The notes beneath the pieces were generated by a model. The model saw only the letters and a program-made list of their open reading frames with translations, was not told where the DNA came from and made no database searches. From positions 1 through 32,000 of the forward strand of contig NW_008806289.1 in the NCBI RefSeq assembly GCF_000400465.1: 32,000 nucleotides of DNA, written 5' to 3'. This document shows, in pieces, positions 23,777 to 32,000 of the stretch. The stretch is from Wallemia ichthyophaga EXF-994 (lineage: Eukaryota > Fungi > Basidiomycota). Position numbers and translations under genes: made by a program. Each line of letters opens with the position of its first letter. Positions within the stretch are counted from its first letter, which is position 1.

Positions 23777-24700
23777 TCATTTATACATCAAATCAACGTG
23801 CCCTGGTCGGTATAGAAGTGTGATGACATTTCCTTCACCACTCTCATCACCGCTTACGCCCAACTCATGCCAATCCACGTGCTCCTTCTCGCTGGCATCG
23901 AGATAGCACACCTTCAAATCCACTTGAAGCACTCTGCCTAATGCTGTCATCTGTATATGGTCAGCCTCCTTCCCGAAAGCCTGTGGGGATTGTGATGAGT
24001 GTGTTTGCGCTATAAACTCTAAAAAGACATGCACCCACTTCAACATAAGTCTCGCAGAATTTCTTTATGTCAGGCATACCGCTGTCATCAACCACCAGAT
24101 CTCCCTCATACGCAAATAAGAAGGGTAAATACTCATCGGCGTGTTTGCGTATCGTCGCTGATGTGAGATAGCGCAGGAACACAACGATTGAGTTGCTCGT
24201 TTCGTCATCGTTGAGTGTCACTTTGAGATACTCGTTGAGGGGGATAGAGGGGTCTTTCGTGTTATCGAGGATAGTAAGCAATGGCTGATAGAAATCTTGC
24301 ATCTGCCTGTGTGTGAGGGTCATGTGCCAAGTGCCTCGTAAGCACCCACAATTTCACTATCAAAACCCAATTCCGAGAGGAGGGGAATGGTCACCCTTTG
24401 TAGCCTTTCTTTGGTTGTGTCTGCAGTGGATGCACTACACACCTTCTCCACGAACGCATACGACACCGCCCTATAGAAGCAATTGCCATCACCTCTTATT
24501 CTCCTAAACGTGCTGTATCCGCCGCCCATCAGATTCGCTATTTTCCGCGTGTATACTGCGTTTCCGTTCTCGTACTCGGCCAGTAACCCGCTCATATCCT
24601 CAGCGTCTCCAACCAGCGCCCGTCCACTGCTCTCCTCCTGCTTGAGCTGCTCCGTGAGTTCGAGGATTTGTGTGTCGTTTAGTTGCTCTTCTGACGTCAT
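23777..24700 (-). CDS. OTUB1: Otubain-family ubiquitin thioesterase (peptidase C65); 3 exons
   Basis: RRIRGDGNCFYRA (catalytic Asp/Cys), KEADHIQMTAL and LLYRPGHVDLMY (catalytic His). Confidence 0.92.
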
Positions 24701-24799
24701 TGTATAAGATGAAGCATGTGAATTATGATGAACAATATTATTAGATTAAATGGTAGATTAAATGGCAATGTACCACGAAAAGCAGCGCATATGCGTATC

Positions 24800-25445
24800 C
24801 TAGTTCCTCAGTATCTGTTGCGAAGACTGCGAGTGTGTGTGTCAGTTTCGGAGTAAATGTAAGAAAATTTTCACTCGCTTTAGAATCACTCAGGCGTGTC
24901 TGGGAGTAGATGAACAGAGTGAGCAGGAAAATTCTGTCACCCCAGTCATCGACCTCGTCATTCATTTCAAACTGCGCCAAGCGTTTCAACTTGCCCAGCA
25001 TGTTAGTCTGCGGGGGCAGGAACCAAGCAGCGCCATTGTCGTCGTCGGACGGGGTAGCTTCCCAGTACGCCGCATGTTCATCGTCAGCGCCAGATCCATT
25101 CTGCGGAACCACGTACTCGATGTGGTAGTACTTGCCATTGAGCTGCCAGTGGCGCGTGATTTTACCCGCGTGCGTCGCCTGCATGCTGTGCAGCTCACCC
25201 AGACTCACGCTCGTGGTGATTTTATCGGAAATCGTGATTCGATGCTCTTTCCAATCTATCACGGCTGCTGTGGTGTCAGTGTCGGCGTGGCTGTCACCTT
25301 TTACTCTTGCTCCTCCACTCTTGCGTATAACCGTATGGATCCTCGCCCTCCCGAAATGCGTCGGCGTGCGAACACTGTACACCTCCTCGCCCCCACTCAC
25401 TATCGCACTATTGAGGATCCGCTTGCTTGTAAATTCGAGCAGCAT
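24800..25445 (-). CDS. Basidiomycete DUF6593-like uncharacterised protein, paralog A (C-terminus depends on last intron; unspliced ORF ends at 24741)
   Basis: Pattern of M-x-L-x-F-T...LNS...VYSVRT...IDW...RHWQLNGKYYHI...WEA...FLLTLFIYSQ. Shared architecture with the neighbouring gene. Confidence 0.65.
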
Positions 25446-25667
25446 TGCGCGTTTTATTGTCGGTATTAATGGTGTTGACGCAATTACACTTTCGATAATG
25501 CTTGATGATGTAAAACGTACCTTTAATTTGCCATTTGCCTAGCCTGGCCAAGAACACGGCTGTCACTCGGCCATCGCCGAATCGCCACTCGCTACTCGCC
25601 GGAGGGTGAGACGCAATAAATCTAAGTGGGATTGTAACAGAATTTAAATTATATACTGTATGTTGAA

Positions 25668-26348
25668 TTAGAATACATTCGTTGTGCGCAATACCTTCTG
25701 CGTTTCATGTCGACGACGCAATTGCTTCTCAGATACCAGAAACAGCATCAGTAAGAAGAGCCTATCATTATCGTCAGCAATCATGCCATGTGCGGTGGTA
25801 TTCTTGTGTTGGTTTCCGTTCTTGCTTCTCCGGGGCGGGTGGAATGTCGCACTTTCTGTAAGCTGATCGGAGGCTGTGGCCTGAGGTAATTTAGTGAAGT
25901 CTTGATACACGGACAATTATCCCACCTTCCACCGCTGCTGCTCGTCATCGTAGCTCAACTCGTAGTGCTTGGAATCCCACTGGAAATGTCTGCAGCTGCG
26001 TTGCAATAAGTTAGTGGGATCAGCGCTATGTATGCGTTACCCACATTATCCCCCTTTTCGACGGCAAATATGACTGTATTTTAGATAGCGCGACCGACTC
26101 GGATGAGATCTGCAAGAGGTGGTGTTCCCAATGGATAGTAGCCAATGGCTGATGGTTGCTTCCAGCGCTGATTATAGTGCTCTGGAGTATGTTTTAGCAT
26201 GAGACACCTGGAATCCCTCCAACCACACCTTCTTGCTCCGACTGAGGAAGCGGTGGCGCAGCGTACGCACCCTGTACACGGCCAGGCCTACTTGACTGTC
26301 GTGTATATCGGCATTCAGGAAATCACTATCGGTGAAGGTGAATTGCAT
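25668..26348 (-). CDS. DUF6593-like uncharacterised protein, paralog B (4 exons: 26348-26229, 26181-26045, 25995-25926, 25880-25668)
   Basis: Three 45-49 nt GT-AG introns give an open product MQFTFTDSDFLNADIHDSQVGLAVYRVRT...ATIHWEHH...RHFQWDSKHYEL...RWKA...LFLLMLFLVSEK that is colinear with paralog A. Mostly missed by the ORF track. Confidence 0.8.
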
Positions 26349-26384
26349 CACGGTAATAAAAACAGTTGATTGATCGAGTATCGA

Positions 26385-27250
26385 TTATCTAAACAAATTT
26401 AATATAGCCTTGCCTAGTGCGATGCCATCGTGGGGCTGTTGAGCACGCCCGAGCCACTCGTCGCGTGTTTGCTGGGGTGTTTGATGATTTCTTGTCTCAG
26501 CTCTGGAAAGGTTGTGAGTGAGAATGACTACGGGAACAGCTCAACGCACTCTACCACCTTGCGCATGATGGATGGCGTGAATTCGGGGTGTCCCTGGGGT
26601 TTTCTGGTTAGCGAGTCCATTCAACACACCGCACACCACACACGCACCTGCACAGACCAGCACTGCACGACACCGTCGATGAGCTTCACGAAAGCCTGAT
26701 GTTTGCACGTTTCGGTAGCGGCGACGGTGGTGAGCATTGGTGGGGCAACGTGGACGACGTCTCGGTGTGCTTGCAAGACATTGAACGTGTCCTGGTGCTC
26801 GTTGCAGCCAAAGTACTTGGCAGCGAGTTCGCCATCGCACACGCGCACAGCCGTGCTCCCCATTTCCATATCGCCAGGCTGAACAACCCCGCCCAGCGCA
26901 CGCGCGAGGAGCTGATGCCCAAAGCACACGCCAAGCACCTTTGTCCGTTTGAACGAGTTCACCAAACCGCTGATGTAGTCTGCGAGGTCTACCACCCAGT
27001 CCTCCTCGCTGTAGGCGTCGCTGGTACTTCCTGAGATAATCACGCCGTCGTATATGGTTACATCCTCGGGGTAGCGGTCTTCGTATACGTCGAACGCATC
27101 GATGATCAACTTGAACGGCGCGTTGAGTGCGTCGTTCGCAGTGTGTAGGAACGTGCCGAATATACGCTCGCAGTCACCCTCCTCTGCCTCGATAGATGCG
27201 AGTGTACTGTCGCAGACGAGTATCGCCAGTTTCAATTCTGCCTGTGCCAT
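26385..27250 (-). CDS. Class I glutamine amidotransferase-like protein (YLR126C / gamma-glutamyl peptidase-type); 3 exons
   Basis: GVIISGSTSDAY, GVCFGHQ (nucleophile Cys), and spliced SVQ|GHPEF (His/Glu). Catalytic triad intact. Confidence 0.88.
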
Positions 27251-27286
27251 CGTGTGCGTTGGAAAGCAACTCCCACGACTCCCGCT

Positions 27287-27481
27287 ATGGACGCTGTCAG
27301 TGACATTAAAAGGATCCTCGAAACGCCGGCGGATGAGGCGAATCCTCTCGATGAGACGCGGCTGGCTGGCGATTTGGACAGCGTGGACGACGCTGCATCG
27401 AAGCTGGAGGATAAATTGGACGCATTGCTGCGTAATCTGGATGGCGTGCTTGAAATGAGCACTGAGGAGGCTAACCATTAA
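27287..27481 (+). CDS. Small acidic coiled-coil protein, 64 aa, unknown function
   Basis: Coding-like codon usage and heptad pattern LAGDLDSVDDAASKLEDKLDALLRNLDGVLE. It exactly fills the gap between the GATase and FOL3 genes. Confidence 0.65.
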   Translation: MDAVSDIKRILETPADEANPLDETRLAGDLDSVDDAASKLEDKLDALLRNLDGVLEMSTEEANH

Positions 27482-27483
27482 AT

Positions 27484-27498
27484 ACACACACACACACA
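27484..27498. repeat. (AC)7 microsatellite in the 27-nt convergent spacer
   Basis: Read directly. Confidence 0.9.
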
Positions 27499-27508
27499 TA
27501 GAAAAACA

Positions 27509-28753
27509 TCAGACACACTCTCTATAAACATCCGCTACCAAATACAAACTGCCGGCAATGACGACGTTTCCAGTGCACTCCTTCAGAGCACTTTGTACAC
27601 TATCAGCAGTCGAAACCTGCACACTCCCATTGAAAATTCCCTCTGCCAGCGATTTGAGTGAGTGCGTGTCCATGCTCCCCACCCAGGGCATGGACGGTGG
27701 AGTGGAGAAGGGCACGAATACGATCTTGTCAGCAGGCCGCACAAGTACCTTGAGCATCTCCGCTACCTCCTTGTCCTGGCTGAAAGCGAGAATGAACTGG
27801 TGGGGGTGGTTTGGGAGTGTATCGCGCAGATGCCTCGCCGCAGCTGGATTGTGTGCCCCATCGACCACAGCTCCCGGGATCGCATACCGATCTGATCTGC
27901 CACGGAAACGCACGTGTGAGAGAGTGTGGCGCACCAGCTCGTCGTCCACGCCGACACTCTCGAAGCGTCTAAAGCGTCTAAAGCGTCTACAGTGCATCTT
28001 GAATGCATGCAACGTGAGCAGCGCAGTAGAAGCGTTCTCCATCTGATGCGCACCCGCCATGCTCAGCTGTGTGTGTATGCGTGCGCCTGTCGATGGGTTT
28101 GTGAGGGTATCGCGTTCGTGCTCCTGTCCACCGACATACAGCGGCACGCCCAGCTCCTCGCACCTCTTGCGCACCTGCTCGACGACGAGTGGGTGTATCT
28201 GTGGTGCGACGACGGCAGCAGTGGTGTGCGCGGTGATGATGCCTATTTTCTGCGCGGTGATCTCCTCCACGGTGCTGCCAAGCCAGGACTGGTGGTCGAG
28301 CGCGATAGGGGTGATCACCGCCACGCTGTCCCTCTCTTCGCGGCTGAAGGCATTCGTTGCATCGTGCAGCCCGCCCATGCCCACCTCGACGACGGCGACA
28401 TCCACTCTCTCGCTCCCAAATAACGAGAAGGCGGTTACGGTGAGTTTTTCAAACCCGGTGAGTGTGTTGTAGTTGCTGTCGTCGTGTGCGAGGTGCTCGC
28501 GTGTAGCGTCGTACGCCTGCCTGTCTATGACTGCGCCACCCACACATATGCTGTCGCGCTCTTGCACCAAATGCGGCGAATTAAACCTCCCCACCACGCA
28601 CCCAAATGCCGTCAAGAGTGCATCGACATACGCAGACGTCGATCCTTTGCCGTTAGTGCCCGCTATGTGTATAATTGGTGTATTTTGGCTGGGCAAACGT
28701 GCCAAAGATCGTGCTGTTGCGTCTACACCAAGTTTTATAAGAGGTGTCGTCAT
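27509..28753 (-). CDS. FOL3: Dihydrofolate synthase / folylpolyglutamate synthase family, intronless
   Basis: HIAGTNGKGSTS, FNSPHL, VEVGMGGLHDATN, LDHQSWLG, DGAHNPAAA and AGSLYLVAD. Start taken at MTTPLIKLG. Confidence 0.85.
   Translation of the reverse strand: MTTPLIKLGVDATARSLARLPSQNTPIIHIAGTNGKGSTSAYVDALLTAFGCVVGRFNSPHLVQERDSICVGGAVIDRQAYDATREHLAHDDSNYNTLTGFEKLTVTAFSLFGSERVDVAVVEVGMGGLHDATNAFSREERDSVAVITPIALDHQSWLGSTVEEITAQKIGIITAHTTAAVVAPQIHPLVVEQVRKRCEELGVPLYVGGQEHERDTLTNPSTGARIHTQLSMAGAHQMENASTALLTLHAFKMHCRRFRRFRRFESVGVDDELVRHTLSHVRFRGRSDRYAIPGAVVDGAHNPAAARHLRDTLPNHPHQFILAFSQDKEVAEMLKVLVRPADKIVFVPFSTPPSMPWVGSMDTHSLKSLAEGIFNGSVQVSTADSVQSALKECTGNVVIAGSLYLVADVYRECV
27963..27989. repeat. 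9-bp tandem repeat x3 within FOL3 (RRFRRFRRF)
   Basis: aagcgtcta x3 read directly. Confidence 0.9.
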
Positions 28754-28800
28754 GAGTGGTTGGTACAAGATGGTAGTGCTGATAAACACTTGAATTCAAT

Positions 28801-29193
28801 TTAGTTGAGCCCGCGCCCTGCTGGCTGCTTGATGTGCATCGTCTTCTGCATCGGAGTGGTGTACGCTGGGCTTTCCATCACTGGCTCCGACACTGGCCTG
28901 CCATATGAGCCGGAGCCACTCTTGCGTCTCTCCCTGCGATTCTTATAGCCCTCCTTCTCGTCGTGATCGTGGTGCACGTGATCTTCTGGGCGTGGGTAGT
29001 CGTGCGACTGCTCCTCCTCCACATCCTCAATCTCCTCGATCTCGGCACCGGCAGTGCGTTTAGGCTTGCGTGCGATTCTACTCCCTCCGGCTCTGGCTAT
29101 GGGAGGCGTAAGCGTGCAGCACACCAGCCACGCTCAACATAACATACCTGCTGGGAGGTGTGTTGCGTGTGCTGTTGCTGTGTTCATGTTCAT
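28801..29193 (-). CDS. DAP1/DAPL1 (death-associated protein)-like small protein, 113 aa; intron 29097-29147
   Basis: GTATGT...CATAG intron joins MNMNTATAHATHLPA|ARAGGSRIARK. The C-terminus is KTMHIKQPAGRGLN. Both ends match DAP family motifs. Confidence 0.72.
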
Positions 29194-29247
29194 TGCTCGT
29201 GACCAACCACTCCGTGTGACAGAGCTGGCTATTTACTCATTTAGACA

Positions 29248-29291
29248 ATGCGTCATTGTCAGTTGACCCGTGAGCTGAGACCATGCGTCAT
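29248..29291 (-). promoter_or_regulatory. Two identical ATGACGCAT (bZIP AP-1/CRE-like) 9-mers upstream of the DAP-like gene
   Basis: atgcgtcat at 29248-29256 and 29283-29291 on the + strand. One mismatch from the Gcn4 site ATGACTCAT. Confidence 0.4.
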
Positions 29292-29434
29292 ACGCTAATC
29301 TATCTGATAACGGTGTTTCTGTTTGGTGTCTTACTTTCTGTTTCGTCTCAATTCCCCGACTCATTTCCCTCATTGCCGCCGAATGTTTGTCTCTAGAAGC
29401 CGTGATGAAACTGTTGACAAGGCATAGAAATAGG

Positions 29435-29459
29435 CACACACACACACACACACACACAC
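29435..29459. repeat. (CA)12 microsatellite
   Basis: Read directly. Confidence 0.95.
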
Positions 29460-29607
29460 GCTCATAGGCATATTCTTGCAGTCACACTTCCACACCTTCA
29501 CTCTCCTCCTCATCACACCCCCTTAGCCGAAGCCCTTTGTCTTCGCTTCACGCGTTGGAACAATGATAATTAGAAAAGGGGAACCGAGGTACGGAAATCT
29601 GTTAGAA

Positions 29608-29639
29608 TATAAAAAGACAGCCCTTCTTCTCTTTATAAA
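29608..29639 (+). promoter_or_regulatory. TATA-like boxes (TATAAAAAG 29608-29616; TATAAA 29634-29639) upstream of the orphan ORF
   Basis: Consensus TATA 43-51 nt upstream of ATG 29659, followed by a pyrimidine-rich tract. Confidence 0.45.
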
Positions 29640-29658
29640 CACCCAAAAACTCTTCCAT

Positions 29659-29946
29659 ATGCCCAAATTCGATTACAACAACCAAGACCCTGAGTACCGT
29701 CGCCATCAAGCAGATGTGTTGAAGCAGAATACTGACCTATTCTTCGGTATCATCGGGAACAATGATCTACCCGACAATGAGCCTAAGCGTTCTTACAAGG
29801 GGTACAAACTGATCAAAGACGAGGACAGCGAAGCTACCACTCCCCTCCTCAGCAAGCAGAGCAACAACCAAACCACAGCATCATCAACATCACATTCATA
29901 CCACTCACACAACTCACACCATTCGCAACCTCAGCTACGCAAGTAA
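29659..29946 (+). CDS. Orphan hydrophilic protein, 95 aa, Ser/His-rich C-terminus
   Basis: Open frame with coding-like codon bias (AAG, AAC, GAC, CAC) and upstream TATA. The alternative in-frame ATG at 29563 lies upstream of the TATA. Confidence 0.55.
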   Translation: MPKFDYNNQDPEYRRHQADVLKQNTDLFFGIIGNNDLPDNEPKRSYKGYKLIKDEDSEATTPLLSKQSNNQTTASSTSHSYHSHNSHHSQPQLRK

Positions 29947-29981
29947 TTGTCCAATTAAATGCATTTAGTGTATATACCCCC

Positions 29982-32000
29982 TTAATCTGCAGTGAATCGA
30001 AGCAAAAAGTTGACCATCACCGCTATCAACATAAACACGCATAAAGCACTATAGATTTTTCCAGTTAGTATTGTCTTGTACACCCATACACAACTCACCT
30101 TGGTCCAACCTTATCGTAGTAGCTGACTGCCTCTCTCTTTCTAATCTTGAGTGCGCGCCATACAAATGAAATGGCAGAATATGCTATCGAAGCGAGTGCA
30201 GCAAATGTGAACAACGCCGCACTTATCACGCCTGTTCTATCAGCTGTTGATGTGAAATTAACCAGCGCAACTGCTATTGTCGAAATCAACACGGAGAACT
30301 GCAACCATTTCAAAAATGTTCGCTCATTAGCAAAGTATACCTTTGGTTCTACTCTAACTGGTACGCATATCTTCTTTCCACTCTCTGCCCTAAACGTATC
30401 AACATACTCCACATCATCACCTCGGTTCGCTGTTTCTTCGTCGAGCGCCTTGCCATCTTCATCATCACTGTCGTCGAAAGTGTAATCAATATGATCATTC
30501 CTAAAGAACCACGATAAATACGACTTGAGAGTACGTGGTGTTGCTTTCTTCACTTGTGTTGGTATCGTGTGGTAATTTTCCCTATTATCATCCGTACCGC
30601 CATACTTGGACGTCTGACGTCTTCCACTGATAAGACTGCTGCTTTCTCTCCCGTGCTCAACGTCATCATTCACTGGCTCTTGTTGATCGAATCGTGACAT
30701 TGATCTTTGTCTGACTGCCTTCATTCTGCTCTTTTCTCGACGCACATTCTCGACTCTCGCCTTTTCTGCCTTAATTAGCTCTTCTTGGTAGCTTTGTGGT
30801 ATTCTATATGCACTGTGGTGTCTGGCAGGCAGGTTCATTCTATCTCCACCATCGTCCATGTCATCCTCTGTGCCATTAAGTTTTGACTCTTTCCTCATTA
30901 ATTCAATCCTCTTGAGCTTCTTGTGATGCTTGCTGTTGTCTTCATCATCTTCATGCTCACTGAGATTTGGTGGTGTTTCTGGTGGTGTTTCTGTTGGTGT
31001 GTGCGGTGTAGACGTCTGTGGTCTCTCAATCATCATGTGTCCAGTTGCTGGTTTGCGGATATCAACATCCATCTGTGGCAACCAGAATGGCAACAAATTC
31101 ACCCTGTTGCCGAGTAATTTAGCGCAACCATGGATGAATTTAGAGAATTTTGGCACCGCCTCGACTAAATGGCTATTAACAAGCTGTCTCACCCACTCAG
31201 GTGGCTCTTGACCCATCTGTGTCTGCAGTTTCACTTCAAGAACAGCGTAAGGAAATCTTTCTATATCTTCCGGTGGGAGTTGGTTGAATGGATAGTCAAT
31301 ACCAATATCCATTCTTCTCCAATTCTCACCCGAACGTTGTCTTCCATCCCAGTTATCTTCTCTGATGAGAGAAAGTTCAGTGTCTAGCGAGATACGCACT
31401 CTTGCGTCACCAGGTAATTGGAAAGCTGTGCGGTTGTAGAAACTTCTCATCACTGGCTGCATTTGTTTTGTTAAAACGGTGTATTGCACCTCCTCAGCCA
31501 GTTGCCTCATTGACTCGATTTCCTTGCCGGATTTCTTGCCCTTAGTCTTCATATCCTTCCAGACTTGATCCATTGTCATCTCACCAGACATGAATGCGTT
31601 AACGATGTCTTCTTTAACAGGAAAACGAGCTTTTACACTCTTCTCACCCGTCCAATCCTCTCTGTGAGTTTTACGTTCGACAAAGATTTGTTTGACATCC
31701 ATACCACCATACCATCTTAGTCTGATAGCTTCAGCGCCTTCGTTCTTCTCAAGCCTACCGAGATAGAATTCAAGGTCTTGGTTGTCATAGTAGATGGAGG
31801 TAATGGCTGAATCTTCTGGGGAGTACTCCTTATCTGGATCATAGACGAGAACCGGAAGGTGTTTGAGTACAAATAGCTTCAAAGGAACGATATTCTCCTC
31901 ATGGACCCAGTACTTTGTGGTCTGTCTAACGAAAGCAGATTGAGTGCCACCAGCAGCACTATCGCCTTGGAAAGGTCTACCACGAGTTCTAACCATTTCA
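29982..32000 (-). CDS. VTC4: Vacuolar transporter chaperone 4 (polyphosphate polymerase), 5'-truncated by the window edge; intron 30049-30098
   Basis: FVRQTTKYWVH, DSAITSIYYDN, EGAEAIRLRWYG, RVRISLDTEL, VLEVKLQ and VEPKVYFANERTFLKW, plus three C-terminal TM helices. The spliced last exon ends NFLLRFTAD. Confidence 0.95.
30969..31004. repeat. 12-bp imperfect tandem repeat in the VTC4 linker (TP-rich, PTETPPETPP)
   Basis: ggtggtgtttct x2 plus gttggtgtgtgc read directly. Confidence 0.8.

Noticed and set aside
23777-23830. Otubain GHVD instead of the usual GHYD
   Set aside because: The catalytic His, Cys and Asp are all present, so this is ordinary divergence rather than a pseudo-enzyme.
27251-27499. 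ORF-track N-terminal extension of the GATase (MCVCVYLMV...)
   Set aside because: It is the open antisense frame of the 64-aa + strand gene plus the AC repeat. GATase homology starts at MAQAELK (27250).
24837-28804. Numerous long antisense or alternative-frame ORFs (e.g. 24837-25469, 27558-28046, 27926-28423, 28059-28472)
   Set aside because: They are shadows of GC-rich real genes on the opposite strand, with no family motifs.
29233-29457. 74-aa minus-strand ORF starting MCVCVCVC
   Set aside because: It begins inside the (CA)12 microsatellite with a non-ATG start and has no recognisable motif.
29895-29930. Possible acidic dileucine sorting motif in the orphan (EATTPLL, slightly upstream) and His-rich repeats as a metallothionein-like domain
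   Set aside because: The Glu is at -5 rather than -4 from the LL, and there are no Cys residues, so neither fits the consensus.
1-32000. rRNA, tRNA, CRISPR arrays, transposase/RT/LTR elements, telomeric TTAGGG arrays
   Set aside because: None recognised. Nearly all sequence is accounted for by host genes and short introns.

Overview
Eukaryotic (fungal, basidiomycete-type) DNA with extreme gene density: about 24 protein-coding genes in 32 kb, many 41-54 nt GT-AG introns with CTAAC/CTGAC-type branch points, and intergenic gaps that are mostly 6-100 nt. The compactness and protein sequences suggest a Wallemia-like genome (inference only). Gene order: Ugo1-like(+), TOF1(-), F-box(+), HUT1(-), RIA1/EFL1(+), TFC4(+), small Tbf1-type Myb(-), RIC1(+), Fe-ADH(+), NUDCD1(-), SDR(-), SDT1-like HAD(+), FAM32A/DUF1754(-), mitochondrial ACP(-), MRPL8(+), otubain(-), two tandem DUF6593-like paralogs(-), class I GATase-like(-), 64-aa coiled-coil(+), FOL3(-), a 113-aa DAP1-like protein(-), a 95-aa orphan(+), and VTC4(-, partial). 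No rRNA, tRNA, CRISPR or transposon was recognised. The best lead is the spliced 113-aa gene at 28801-29193, which carries both terminal signature motifs of animal DAP1/DAPL1 (ribosome-dormancy factors). It sits behind the longest, motif-rich promoter region in the window. All family assignments come from motif recognition by eye, not database searches.
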